This document shows, in pieces, positions 40,278 through 51,186 of a DNA stretch of 64,000 bases. Each line of letters starts with the position of its first letter. Positions within the stretch are counted from its first letter, which is position 1. A program made the position numbers and the translations under genes. The notes beneath the pieces are model-generated. The model saw nothing but the letters and a program-made list of their open reading frames with translations, did not search any database and was not told where the DNA came from. The DNA is from an uncultured Acidobacteriota bacterium (GTDB lineage: Bacteria > Acidobacteriota > JAQAZP01): assembly GCA_963836075.1 (NCBI GenBank), contig CAWIIB010000009.1:2048001-2112000 (forward strand), read 5' to 3'.

Positions 40278-42129
40278 CCCAGCTCTTCCAGCTGTTTCCT
40301 GAGATCGTCGTCCCCGGTGGTGTGCCTGTCCCGCAGGGGCCAGCCGGTCCCGGGGAGCCCGTGGGCGTCCCGCGGTCTGTTCCAGCCGGCGGGCGAAATC
40401 GAGGAAGGGGGCGGCCAGCTCCGGGTTTTCGGCGAGGAGGTTGCTGGTCTCCTGCGGGTCGTCGTGCAGGTCGTAGAGCTCGTGCTGCCCGTCGCTGGAG
40501 TGGATGAACTTGTGCCTCCCCTGGACCAGCGAACGGCGGACCCGGTCGAACCGCTGGCCAAAGTCGGGATTCCGCTGATCGAATTTGAAGCTGTAGTAGT
40601 TCTCCGACACCGTGGGGCCGGTGCGCGGGGCCCCCAGGCTGACGCCGCTGACCGTGCCGGGAACCGGCAGGCCCAGGGCGGAGAGGACGGTGGGGAAGAC
40701 ATCCTCCAGCCCCACCGGTTCGGCAAAACGCCCCCGGGGCGACCCGCCGGGGTATTTGACCAGCAGGGGAATTTTCACCCCGCCCTCGTAGAGTTCCCGG
40801 CCGTGGAACACCAGCTGGTGTTCACCAAAGTATTCGCCGTGGTCGCTGGTGACGATGATCATGCTCGAATCGTAAAGGCCCCGGCGGCGCAGGTGGTCAA
40901 AGAGACGGCCCAGCTCACTGTCGAGGTAGCGGATCTCACCGTCATACTGGGACAGCAGGCCGGCCAGCTCCTGGTCGGTGAGGCTCCGCTTGCGGCCCAT
41001 CACGATTCTGCGCATCTGGAACTTGGAGAGGCTTGAGCCGCCCTTGCCGGGATAGACGGTGTCGTAGGGCGGCGGCGGCAGGTAGGGCCAGTGCGCGTCC
41101 ATGTAGTTGACAAAGAGAAAGAAGGGCGCCCGGGAGTGGCGGTCCAGCCAGTGGGTCACCCGGCCGTTGATCTGGCGGGCCGTGGCCGTCCCCTTGCGCA
41201 GCGTGGCCAGCCAGCCGGACCACGGGGAGGCCTGGAGAACCGGCTCGGTGAGCAGCGGGATCCGCGAGTTGCCGTTGCTCTGCCGGAGGTAGTCGTCGAA
41301 GCCCCGGTCGAGACGGAAGTGGGGATTGAGGATCGGGTTGGCGAAGATGGCGGCGGTCTGGTAGCCGGACTGCTGCAGCACCTGCGGCAGGGTGAGGATG
41401 GTGGAGGTCATGGGGTACGCCGCCAGCAGCAGCTGTCCTGTGGACCGCTCCTCCGGACGGTAGCTGTGCATGCGGTGCTGGCTGGGATAGAGCCCGGTGA
41501 ACAGCGAACCGTGGGCCGGCAGGGTCCAGGAGGCGGTGGACCGCGCCGAATCGCAGACCAGGCACTCTTCGGCAAATTCCTCCAGCACCGGCGTGGTGCG
41601 CTGCCGGTAGCCGTGAAGCGACAGGTGGTCGGCGCGCACCGTGTCCAGCAGCAGCACGATCACCGAGGCGCGTGTCGCAGCCTGTTCCCCGTTCTGCGGG
41701 AGGTCGGTGGTCTCGGTCCGCTTCCCGCAGGATTCGTCCATCCGCTGCCGCGGGAGACGCCCCTCGTAGAATCGGGGTGGCGGCCCGCAGGCCGAGGTAG
41801 ACCAGCAGCAGCAGAACGGCCAGGGCGGCAACCGTCCCGAACCCGCCCGGCGGAGCGGCCAGGGGCCGCGCCCGTCTCCGGGCCGCCAGCGCCAGGAGCA
41901 GCAGGGTGATCAGGCCGGCGGCCAGTCCGGCCAGGGCCCCGGCCGCGGTCACCGTGAGCCAGAGCCGGGTGAGCAGGGTCACTTCGATGAAGTCGCCGTT
42001 GAGCAGGATGCGCCGCCAGTCCACGGCCGCGGCCAGGGCACCGGCCACGGCGCCGCCAAGGGTGGCGGCGAGCAGGATCTGCGTGCCGCGCCGCACGGTG
42101 CCCCCCGCTTGCTCCGGGCTACTGCGCAT
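40259..42129 (-). CDS. Membrane-anchored sulfatase-like protein (apparent frameshifts ~41770 and ~40330)
   Basis: LLDTVRADHL, WTLPAHGSLFTGLYP, NYMDAHWPY, TSDHGE, ELYDLHDDPQE, LEELGYL; N-terminal TM helices. Confidence 0.8.
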
Positions 42130-43639
42130 TCGGTGACACTTCCCTCAGGCGCCCCACCAGGAAATCGGTGTCCAGGGTGGAGAGGAACCACCCGGCCCGC
42201 GGGCCCCGCTCCTTGCCCAGCAGGGAGAGATAGAGCGCGCGAAACACCGCTTTGGGCTGGGCCCCCGCCGCCTCGGCCGCGTCATAGAGCAGCTGGTGGA
42301 TCTGCTCGGCGTCGAGGCCCGGCTCCAGCTGGTCGGCCAGCCGGCCCAGGGCCGCCGCCGCTTCCGGAGGCAGGTCCGCCGCCGCTTCGGGCAGGGTGGG
42401 CTGCAGACAGAACTTCACCGCCTCCGGAGCGTGGGTCTCCAGCCAGCGGCGGGCGTAGGCCGCCCGGCCGCGGATCCCCTCCACGTTGCTCACGTCGTAG
42501 CCCCCGCGGCGCAGGATTTCGATCACCGCGTCGTCGCCGCCGTCGCCGGCGATCTGCACCACGGTGACCACGTGCTTGAACGGAACCCCCACCGGGGGCA
42601 CGCTGCCCAGGGACGAGAGCTGATATGAACGCTCGTCGGTGCCCGCCGCTTCGGTGTCGTCGAAGTCGTTGACCAGGTTGAGCAGCGGCATGCCGGGGTC
42701 GAAGGAGATGGTTTTCTTCGGCGCGCGCCGGATCACCAGGTAGCGCAGCACCTCCGGCGGGAGGATCTCCAGCATCTCGCTGATGGTCACCACGTTGCCC
42801 TTGCTCGAGGACATGTCTCCCACGCCGCCCAGCCTGATCCACTCGTAGACCAGCGGCATGGGCGCCGGCCAGCCAAAGACCTCCCTGCTGATCCGCTCCC
42901 CGCTGGCATAGGAGCCGCCGCGGGTGGCGTGATCCTTGCCAAAGGGCTCGAAGGTCACGCCCAGCACCCACCACTTGGCCGGCCAGTCCACCCGCCAAAC
43001 CAGCTTGCCCCCGCCGTTCATGCTCACCTCGCCCTCGTCGCCGCAGCGGCAGGTGTAGGCCACCGTTTCGGCCGGGCCGTCGAACCCGGTGACCCTGGTG
43101 CCGGTGAGCCGGCCGCAGCTGTTGCAGATCGCGGTGAAGGGGCTCCAGTGGTCCGGGGTTTCCCGGCCGGTCATCCCGTCGATGATCTCCGCCACCAGGT
43201 CCCGTTTCTCCAGGGCCAGCTTGATCGCCGGGGTCATGCGGCCCGACTCGTAGAGCTGGTGCAGCCGGACCACTTCGGCCTTGATGCCCAGCCGCTGGAG
43301 CGAGTCGAGGAACGGATCGAGGAAGTGGTCGGCGTAGCTGCGGCCGTCCCCTGCCGGCCCGGGGATGCGGGAGAGCGGCCGGCCCACCTGTTCCTCGTAG
43401 ACCGCGGGGTCGAGAAAGGGATAGACCTTGCGCAGGTTGTCGAAGTCGTCGGCGATGTAGTAGAAGCGCGGGTTCACCCCCTGGTCCTCGAGGGCGCGGC
43501 ACACCGCGTCGGCGGTGACCACCTCCCGCATATTGCCGATGTGTATGGGGCCGGAGGGTGAAATCCCGGTGCTGATCACCACGTCGCCCCCCCGTGCCAC
43601 CAGCCGGCTGGCTGCTTCGTCTGCCCAGTGCTCGCCCAC
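42119..43639 (-). CDS. lysS: Lysine--tRNA ligase, class I
   Basis: HWAD, GISPSGPIHIGNMRE, EPFGKDH, MSSSKGN, GPRAG. Confidence 0.95.
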   Translation of the reverse strand: MGEHWADEAASRLVARGGDVVISTGISPSGPIHIGNMREVVTADAVCRALEDQGVNPRFYYIADDFDNLRKVYPFLDPAVYEEQVGRPLSRIPGPAGDGRSYADHFLDPFLDSLQRLGIKAEVVRLHQLYESGRMTPAIKLALEKRDLVAEIIDGMTGRETPDHWSPFTAICNSCGRLTGTRVTGFDGPAETVAYTCRCGDEGEVSMNGGGKLVWRVDWPAKWWVLGVTFEPFGKDHATRGGSYASGERISREVFGWPAPMPLVYEWIRLGGVGDMSSSKGNVVTISEMLEILPPEVLRYLVIRRAPKKTISFDPGMPLLNLVNDFDDTEAAGTDERSYQLSSLGSVPPVGVPFKHVVTVVQIAGDGGDDAVIEILRRGGYDVSNVEGIRGRAAYARRWLETHAPEAVKFCLQPTLPEAAADLPPEAAAALGRLADQLEPGLDAEQIHQLLYDAAEAAGAQPKAVFRALYLSLLGKERGPRAGWFLSTLDTDFLVGRLREVSPNAQ

Positions 43640-43857
43640 GTATCCCTCCCCGGGGCCGTTGCCGCCCTGTTCAAGTTCCCTGTTCCCCGGCAGTACCGGG
43701 CCCATATCGAGGCGCTATTATCACACATTCTCCATGGCCTCTCCAGCGTCTCTCTTTCCTTTCCGGCACGATTGGACTATTCTTTTGCCTGCAGGGTTCA
43801 CCACGTTGACGACCGATGTTCAAGACTCCCCGGTCTTCCGGTTTCCAGTGCAGATCC

Positions 43858-44862
43858 ATGCGTTTACGAAACGTTTACAGCGCAGCAGCCGCGTCCATCC
43901 TCGCCGGCTTCATCCACTGCTCACCGTGGATTCCCCGCTCCCTGGCCCTGGCCGGCGGCGAGAAGCTGGGGGGGCTGATGTTCCGGCTGGCCTCCCGGAA
44001 GGGCAATGGCGCAGCTCCGCGGAGGGAGCGGCGCACCTTCATCGACCTGTCGCTGGAAAGGTCCCTGGACGACCTGGGACAGGCCTTCGGATCCTCGCTC
44101 ACGCCCGAGGAGATGAAGGCGGTGGCCCGGGCCTCCTACCGCACGGCCGGCCGCTCGCTCATCGAGTCGTTGCGGCTGCCCAAACTGCCCCCGGCTGAAC
44201 TGCTGTCGCTCATCGACGCCGACTCCTTCGACCCGGTGCACCGGGTGCTGGACCGCGGCAAGGGACTGATCATCCTCACCCCCCACCTGGGATCCTGGGA
44301 ACTGCTGGCCTCCTACCTGGTGCACATCCTCGACCGGCCGTTCAGCGCCATTGTGCAGCGGCAGCGCTTCGACCTCTACAACCACCTCTGCGACTCCATC
44401 CGCAACGAGGGGGCCGGCCTGCGGGTGATTTACCAGGACGCCGGTGCGCGGCCCATTCTCAGCGCCCTGCGGCAGAACCTGCCGGTGGGGATTCTGGGGG
44501 ACCTCGACCTGCCAAAGCTGAAGGGCGCATTTGTCCAGTTCTTTGGCCGGCCGGCCTACACCCCCATCGGACCGGCCGCCCTGGCCCGGTCGTCGGGGGC
44601 CGGGATCGTTCCCGTCTTCATCCGCTGGAAAACCGGCTCCGGGGACGGCGGCGCCCTGCGGCACCAGGTGCACGTCCTGCCGGAGATCGAGCTGGTGCGC
44701 AGCGGCGACAAGGATGCTGACATCCTGGAGAACACCCAGCGCTGGACCCGGGTGATCGAGGAGATCGTCAGGCAGTACCCCGAACAGTGGATCTGGTTCC
44801 ACCGGCGCTGGCGGACCCAGCCCTGTACAGCGGAAGCGCCGGGCCCGGGCCCGGCGCTTTGA
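43858..44862 (+). CDS. Lipid A lauroyl-type (LpxL/HtrB family) acyltransferase
   Basis: TPHLGSWE, FFGRPA, YPEQWIWFHRRW. Confidence 0.88.
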   Translation: MRLRNVYSAAAASILAGFIHCSPWIPRSLALAGGEKLGGLMFRLASRKGNGAAPRRERRTFIDLSLERSLDDLGQAFGSSLTPEEMKAVARASYRTAGRSLIESLRLPKLPPAELLSLIDADSFDPVHRVLDRGKGLIILTPHLGSWELLASYLVHILDRPFSAIVQRQRFDLYNHLCDSIRNEGAGLRVIYQDAGARPILSALRQNLPVGILGDLDLPKLKGAFVQFFGRPAYTPIGPAALARSSGAGIVPVFIRWKTGSGDGGALRHQVHVLPEIELVRSGDKDADILENTQRWTRVIEEIVRQYPEQWIWFHRRWRTQPCTAEAPGPGPAL

Positions 44863-44887
44863 ATCGTGGTGGTCTGGCGGCCGGCGA

Positions 44888-45754
44888 TCAGTCGCTGATC
44901 TTGATCACGTTTTCGTCGTAGATCCAGCCCAGGGTGCCGTCGGCGGTCTTCACCAGGTAGAAGTCGTCTTCCTTGTCGTAGGCGGTCAGTTCGGCGCCGC
45001 CGGTGACAGTGGCCTTGACCATGCCGTAGATGGTGGGGTCGGTCTTGATCTCGGCCTGGGGCACGTCGACGAACAGCATGTCCGGGGCGTCGTCGGTCAC
45101 CGCGTCCTCGTGGATGAAACCGGTGCGGCCGTCGGCCAGCTTCACCTGGTAGAAGTCATCGAACTTCATCAGCTTTTTCAGTTCGTCGCCGGCGGCCACC
45201 GTGCCGAGGCTCTCGCTCACCGGGGAGCAGGAGGCGTGGACCGAGGCGTTCATCACGTTGACGAAGAGGATTCCCGGGGGATCGTCGTCCACCAGGTCTT
45301 CGTGGATGAAGCCGATGGTGCCTTCGGCCAGCTGGACCTTGTACCAGTCGTCCTTCTTGCCCAGCGACTTCAGTTCCGTGCCGCCCGGCACCGTGGTCAG
45401 CACCGGGGAGTAGATGTTGTTCAGCTCCCGGACATTGGCCATCCCCACTTCAACGTAGAGCTTTTCCGGGTGGTCGTCGGTGACCAGCTCGTCGTAGATG
45501 AAGCCGGTCTTCCCGTCTTCCAGTTTCACCTGGTACCAGTCGCCCACGTGGTCCATGCCGTAAAGGCGGTCGCCAAAGACGGCGGTGGCCATGATCTCGC
45601 CCTGGATCGAGGGGAAGGTGCGGATATTGGCTTCATTGGACTTGACGTAGAGGAACTTCGCTCCGGCGGCGGCGCTGCCGGCCATGGCGAAGATCATCAC
45701 TCCGGCGATCAGCGCCGCGATCATCAGGGTTCCCTTGGTGTTCTTGCTGGTCAT
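44888..45754 (-). CDS. Secreted protein with four bacterial SH3 domains
   Basis: Four repeats ANIR.....D(W/F)Y.V.L.DG..G(F/W)I. Confidence 0.85.
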   Translation of the reverse strand: MTSKNTKGTLMIAALIAGVMIFAMAGSAAAGAKFLYVKSNEANIRTFPSIQGEIMATAVFGDRLYGMDHVGDWYQVKLEDGKTGFIYDELVTDDHPEKLYVEVGMANVRELNNIYSPVLTTVPGGTELKSLGKKDDWYKVQLAEGTIGFIHEDLVDDDPPGILFVNVMNASVHASCSPVSESLGTVAAGDELKKLMKFDDFYQVKLADGRTGFIHEDAVTDDAPDMLFVDVPQAEIKTDPTIYGMVKATVTGGAELTAYDKEDDFYLVKTADGTLGWIYDENVIKISD

Positions 45755-45834
45755 CTTCCTGCCCTCCGTTGATTCCTGTTGTTTTCTGTCCTTGTTCATT
45801 CAGTTGTCTGTTTCATCGTTCGCCGTAATACAGG

Positions 45835-45850
45835 AGCAAGGGCCGTGCCA
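45835..45850 (-). promoter_or_regulatory. Sigma54 (-24/-12) promoter
   Basis: Minus strand TGGCACGGCCCTTGCT matches TGGCAC-N5-TTGC. Confidence 0.75.
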
Positions 45851-45984
45851 GCTATTGTGATTGCGACCAAATGTTGAAATACAACAACTTGCTCCTGAGG
45901 ATGACCGGCGGCCCCGGTCCGGAACACCGGCGGAGTGTAAAAAAACCTGCGGGTGGCCCCAAGTTTCTTTCCGCCGGCGGCCTC

Positions 45985-47481
45985 TCAGAGACGGGAGAGG
46001 GACCGGCGGTCCGGCTTGCCGTTGCCGGTGCGGGGCAGCTCGTCGAGAAACTCGAATATCCGCGGCACCTTGTACGATGCCAGGTGTTGGCGGCAGAACT
46101 GCTTCAGCTCGGTCACCGAGGTCCTGGAGGAGACCACCACGTGGGCCATGGGGATCACCCCCCGGGCCCGGCTGCGGGCCGCCGCCACCACCACGTCCAC
46201 CACCCGGGGGTGCTGCCGCAGCACCTGTTCGATCTCCGCCGGGTAGACCTTGAGCCCGGCCACCTTCATCATCTCGTCCCGCCGGGCGGCAAAGTGGATG
46301 CCCCCCAGGGAATCCCGGCGCACCATGTCCCGGGTCAGATACTCGCCGTCCCGCAGCACGGCCGCAGTCTCGGCCTCGTTGTTGAGATAGGAGCGAAAGA
46401 CGGAACTACTGCGGATCGCCATCTCTCCCACCTCGCCGTCGGGCACCTCACCGCCCGACCCGTCCACCACCCGCACCTCCACCCCCTGGCAGGGCAGCCC
46501 CATCCCCTCCTCCCGGCGTTCCAGCGCCTGGAGGTTGCAGATGCAGACCCCGGCGGTTTCGGTGCTGCCCCAGACCGGCACGATCCGTTTCCCGGCCTGG
46601 CGCTTCCAGCGCTCGATCAGGTCCCAGGGGGTGACCATGCCGCCCGATTCCAGCAGCCGCAGGCTGGCGATATCGAAGCGGCTGGAGCGCAGGGTGGTCA
46701 GCAGCACTTCGTAGATCGGCGGCAGCCCCATGATGCAGCTGACCCGCCATTTCTCCACCGCCGAGGCGATGGCCTTGGGGTTGATCGAGTCGAGCAGCAC
46801 CGCGGTCCCTCCCAGGGTCACCGAGCGGGCGAAAATCTCGTGCGGGTGGGAGGAGATGGCGAACAGCGGCAGGTGGACGTCGTCGGGGCCGATGCCGAGG
46901 CTGTCCACCACCGACTCGGTGTTGGCGGTGATGGCCCGGTGGGTGGTGAGCGCCCCCTTGGGCCTCCCGGTGCTGCCCGAGGTGAAATCGATATAGGCCG
47001 TGTCCTCGGGCGCGGGTCCGGTGAACGAGCCGCCGCCGGCGGGGGAGGTGAGCAGCGCCTCCAGCGACCCGAAACCGGCGGCCGCCCCCGTCCCGCCGCT
47101 GACCAGACTCCTCTCCGCCGGGGGCAGGTGCTGCCGCAGCCGCTGCAGCTGGGGGATGCACTCCTCGTGGGCCAGCAGCAGTTGCAGGTCCAGCCGGTCG
47201 AGGATCGCCACCTGCCGGCTGTCCTCCAGCCGGACGTTCAGCGGCACCGCCACGGCCCCGGCACGCATGATGCCGAAAAAGGCCACCATGGTCTCGGGCC
47301 GCTTGCGCAGCATCAGGCCCACCTGCTGGCCCGGCTTCACGCCGGCGTTGCGCAGACCGTGGGCCGTGCGTTCGGCCAGCTCGTTCAGTTCGTGAAAGGT
47401 CAGGTTACCGCTGTCGGCAAGAAAGGCGTTGCGGTCCGCCCGTTCACGGGCGTGCCGCCTGAGGTGCTGGTCCAGGCTCAT
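45985..47481 (-). CDS. AMP-binding acyl-CoA/acyl-AMP ligase
   Basis: FTSGSTGRPKG, WGSTE, TRD, GLKVYPAEIE, LPRTGNGK. Confidence 0.9.
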   Translation of the reverse strand: MSLDQHLRRHARERADRNAFLADSGNLTFHELNELAERTAHGLRNAGVKPGQQVGLMLRKRPETMVAFFGIMRAGAVAVPLNVRLEDSRQVAILDRLDLQLLLAHEECIPQLQRLRQHLPPAERSLVSGGTGAAAGFGSLEALLTSPAGGGSFTGPAPEDTAYIDFTSGSTGRPKGALTTHRAITANTESVVDSLGIGPDDVHLPLFAISSHPHEIFARSVTLGGTAVLLDSINPKAIASAVEKWRVSCIMGLPPIYEVLLTTLRSSRFDIASLRLLESGGMVTPWDLIERWKRQAGKRIVPVWGSTETAGVCICNLQALERREEGMGLPCQGVEVRVVDGSGGEVPDGEVGEMAIRSSSVFRSYLNNEAETAAVLRDGEYLTRDMVRRDSLGGIHFAARRDEMMKVAGLKVYPAEIEQVLRQHPRVVDVVVAAARSRARGVIPMAHVVVSSRTSVTELKQFCRQHLASYKVPRIFEFLDELPRTGNGKPDRRSLSRL

Positions 47482-48419
47482 GTCCGATCCTTGTGGATTC
47501 CGCCAATCTGGGGGTCGGTTTCGAGATGCCTGATTATATACCACATCCAGTTGAACTGCCCGGGATCGGTCTGGATCAGCGGCCGGAACCGGGCCACCAG
47601 GTCGCTGGTCACCCGGTGGATGGCCAGATCGCCCGAGTCCCCGGCATCCACGGCAAGCGGCGGATCGACCCGGACCATGCAACTGCCGTCCGGACGCCGC
47701 AGGCAGACGGTGGTGAGCAGCGGGGCACCGGTGCGCAGGGCCAACCGGGCCGGCGCCGAGGAGAAGAGGACCTCGCGCCCCAGCAGGTCGACCCAGGCGC
47801 CCCGCGGGCCGCCGAAACCGCTGAGGGCCATGAACACCGCCTCACCGGCATCCAGGCTGCGGAACATCCAGCGGTGCGAGTTGCCGGTCTCCAGCGGGTG
47901 GAAGGCGCCGGCCGCCTTGAGCCGCGCCCGGCGGGCCGCCCAGCCGTAGTCGGCAAAGTCGGCGGAGAGGGCCCGGATGGGGAACCCCTTGAGGGCCAGG
48001 AGGATGTGCAACAGCCGCTCGTCGCCCATGTGCATGGTGGCCAGCAGGGCACCCCGTCCGCCTTCCAGCGCCGCTTCCAGGTGTTCCAGCCCCTGGAACT
48101 CCACCCAGCCTTCCAGGGCCTCGGGGGTCAGGTCGGGGGAGAGAAACAGCTCGAGGAAGGAGGCCTGGTGGTTGACCCAGAAGTCGAGGAGGATCTTTTC
48201 CCGTTCCCCAGGGGGGAGGCCGGGCAGGGCCCGGTCGATGGTCTCGAGATACAGGGCGCGGTTCCGCCCCCGGCCCACATAGCCCACCCGGCTGCGCAGG
48301 GCGCCGAGAACCCGGGCCAGGCCCATCACCCGCCGGCGGTCCGACCCGGTCAGCCGCAGCAGCCCGCTCACCAGCAGGTAGAGACTGTTCCTCGCCGTCC
48401 TGAAGACCAGGGATTTCAT
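47478..48419 (-). CDS. LpxL-like lysophospholipid acyltransferase family protein
   Basis: GLEHLEAALEGGRGALLATMHMG, PARLALRTGAPL, DPGQFNW; ATGA overlap with the ligase. Confidence 0.75.
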   Translation of the reverse strand: MKSLVFRTARNSLYLLVSGLLRLTGSDRRRVMGLARVLGALRSRVGYVGRGRNRALYLETIDRALPGLPPGEREKILLDFWVNHQASFLELFLSPDLTPEALEGWVEFQGLEHLEAALEGGRGALLATMHMGDERLLHILLALKGFPIRALSADFADYGWAARRARLKAAGAFHPLETGNSHRWMFRSLDAGEAVFMALSGFGGPRGAWVDLLGREVLFSSAPARLALRTGAPLLTTVCLRRPDGSCMVRVDPPLAVDAGDSGDLAIHRVTSDLVARFRPLIQTDPGQFNWMWYIIRHLETDPQIGGIHKDRT

Positions 48420-48587
48420 GGTTCACCACCAGCAAAATCAAGGCTGATCAATGATGCAAAACCTGATGAATCATATAGATATCAGGAAAGAGGAATCCTG
48501 CCACAGGGACCTGGGCAAGTCAAGGCAGGTCATCGGCCGGTTCGTGCAGTATCAGGCGATGAAGAGGATGACGTTTACAGATTATAG

Positions 48588-51186
48588 TTACGGTAAAAAT
48601 GGTGGAGCCTGATAGAAGTTACCAATAGCCAGCCGCGCCCCTGCCACATACTCCTCTTCTTCGAAGAGCATGAAGCTCATTCGGTCGATCTGAGTCAATA
48701 CTTCGCCATCGTAATTCCATGATTTCAACTGAGCTGGATTTTCTGGATGCGGTCCAGGTGCGGTAAGGATTTCATCGATGTGATCGTTGTCCAGATCACC
48801 ACAAGCCACCACACAACCCATTGAATTGGTCAGGTCGGAGTGAGAGAAGAAGTTCACTCCGGAGATCGAGGTAATGACTTCACCGTCATAGTTCCATCCC
48901 CGTACATGTGAACCGAATATCTCGCTTGGCCCGGGGCCTGTGACGATCTCATCGATTCCATCCCCGTCAATATCGCCACTAGCTACATTAACCCCCCAGC
49001 GAAGAGTGCCATAGGCGAAATAGCTCACAGCAGAAATAGGCCCCGCAGCCCCAGCCTCTACATCCCAACCTCGCACATGGGGACCGAACACGGCTCCGGG
49101 GCCGGCTCCGGTGATGATTTCCTCTTTTCCGTCTCCGTCGATATCACCACAGGCCACATTCACTCCCCAGCGATTTGTCCCGTAGGCCAGGAAGCTTACA
49201 TTCCCCAATGGCAGGATCTGGCCACCGCTCAGGTCCCAGCCCCTTACATGAGGGCCGTATACAGCGCCAGGCCCCGCTCCGGTGATAACTTCGTCATCAC
49301 CGTCACCATCCAGATCGCCGGCCGTGACAGTAACTCCATAGCGAGGTGTTCCATACGCTTGAATGGACCACAGTGACCCTCCCACGGTATCAAGTGCCAA
49401 CACGGTTGGAGGATGATGGGGGCCTGGTCCCGGACCTACGAGGATCTCGTCATAACCATCACCGTTCAGGTCACCGGCAGCCGGGTTGAGGCCGTAGCCC
49501 TGGACAAGGTAGGGGTAAAAGAGATCAGAAACACCGTTGGCATTGTAGAACGGATCCCAGAGGCGCATCTCGGAGGGGTTGGATACGTGGGGTCCAGGGC
49601 CGGCCATAACACGAGGCGGCCGATCGACGGGCAGGCCGTCGGAATAGAAGATGTAGATTGCGCCGCAATCATCGACTTCGGGACGATCGACCCCTGAATG
49701 ACCGATGAGAATGTCATTGTGACCGTCATTATTGATATCAGCAATCGTACCTGAAAGTATTGGTCGCATCCAGGTAGTTTTCACCGAGGATTCTCAAGGT
49801 GGGATAGGTCTCGGAAAGTTCCACCGAATGAAACGGCGGGTAATTACTAGCCCCGAGGAAGATATGATGCCCTCCAGACGCTGCCTCATCATTTTCCGTT
49901 GATTTCCATGAAGACAAGCACAACTCGTCCTTGCCATCACCGTTCAAATCACCTGCCGACAAAGACCTGCCCAGAGCAAACTGGTGAAGACCATCCCCGT
50001 AGAAACTGACATCGGCAGGTTCCGATCTCAGGTCAATGAGTGTTTGAGGCGTAAACCCCTCACGACCCCACACCAGGTATGCGGCCCCGATAGAAACAAC
50101 AGCTGTATTGTAAGAGTATTGACCCCCGCACAGGTCGCTCACACCATCGCCATTGAAATCACCGCAGACCACTTCGTCCCCGAAAGCTGAATGGTGCTGA
50201 TTGCCCAGCACGGTCACATCGGCCTCGCTCTCACTGAGATCGATATGGTGCTGGGGAGGAAAGCTATCAGACCCGAAAAAAGCATACATCGCCCCCAATC
50301 TCAGCCATTCCGACTCCCAATACCAGGCCCCCCAGGCCCCAACAACCAGGTCATCAATCTGATCCCCGTTCACATCGCCAACGGCCAGCGACTCACCGAA
50401 CCTGTCCCCGCCATACCTTCCATGAAGGGTTAAATCTGCCCCATCCAGAGCAAGATCAATCTCCATGGGCGTGGTGAAATCCTCAGACCCATAGAGCACA
50501 TAGACGGCGCCGGTCCCGCTCCCGGTTTGATTCGGACCATACTTCTCGCCGATGACCAGGTCGTCGATGCCGTCATTGTTGAGGTCAGCGCTGGCCAGAC
50601 TCGTTCCCAGCCAATCATCCTCTGATGACATATTACTGCTGTAGATGAAGATGTCGGACGATTCCTGGGACAGGTCGATGATCATTCCCGCTTGCCACCG
50701 TGAGCCACCCCAGAAAACGTCGACAGTGCCGCCCGCAATATGTAGGAATTGATCGGCTGTGGGATCCCCCACGGCCAGATCATCCACGCCATCATGATTC
50801 CAGTCACCCGTGGCAAGTGAAAATCCAAGCCATTTATTCACAGAAGGGTTACTGACTATGACGATATCGTGTTTTTCGATCGCATCCACAACTGGCACCC
50901 CGTGCCGGGATGAAAAATCTAAATACCCAAAAACGCACTCATCACCATAGGTTTCCTGAAAGGCCGCATCGCGAAGAAACAGGTCCACGGTTCCGGAATT
51001 ATCAATATCCAGAATAACCGCATTTTTAAGCGAACTGCGGTAGCTGGAACCGATAATTGTCGTATCCGCTTCAATGGAGTCAAGATCAATAACCGTCTGC
51101 CCGGTTACGGGGATGCTGACACAAAACCAATAAACCGCCAGAATTAAGATCAACGGCAGCCGAGATGAATGAAACAGACAATTCAT
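48588..51186 (-). CDS. Secreted integrin-alpha-like FG-GAP propeller protein plus C-terminal repeat module (apparent frameshift ~49750); lower GC
   Basis: FG.SLA.GD.NGDG.DDL.VGA...GAVY repeats; second ORF carries GPGPG..GPHVRGW repeats. Confidence 0.8.

Noticed and set aside
42119-43639. Class I LysRS as evidence of archaeal transfer
   Set aside because: Class I LysRS is established in several bacterial phyla and codon usage matches the flanks
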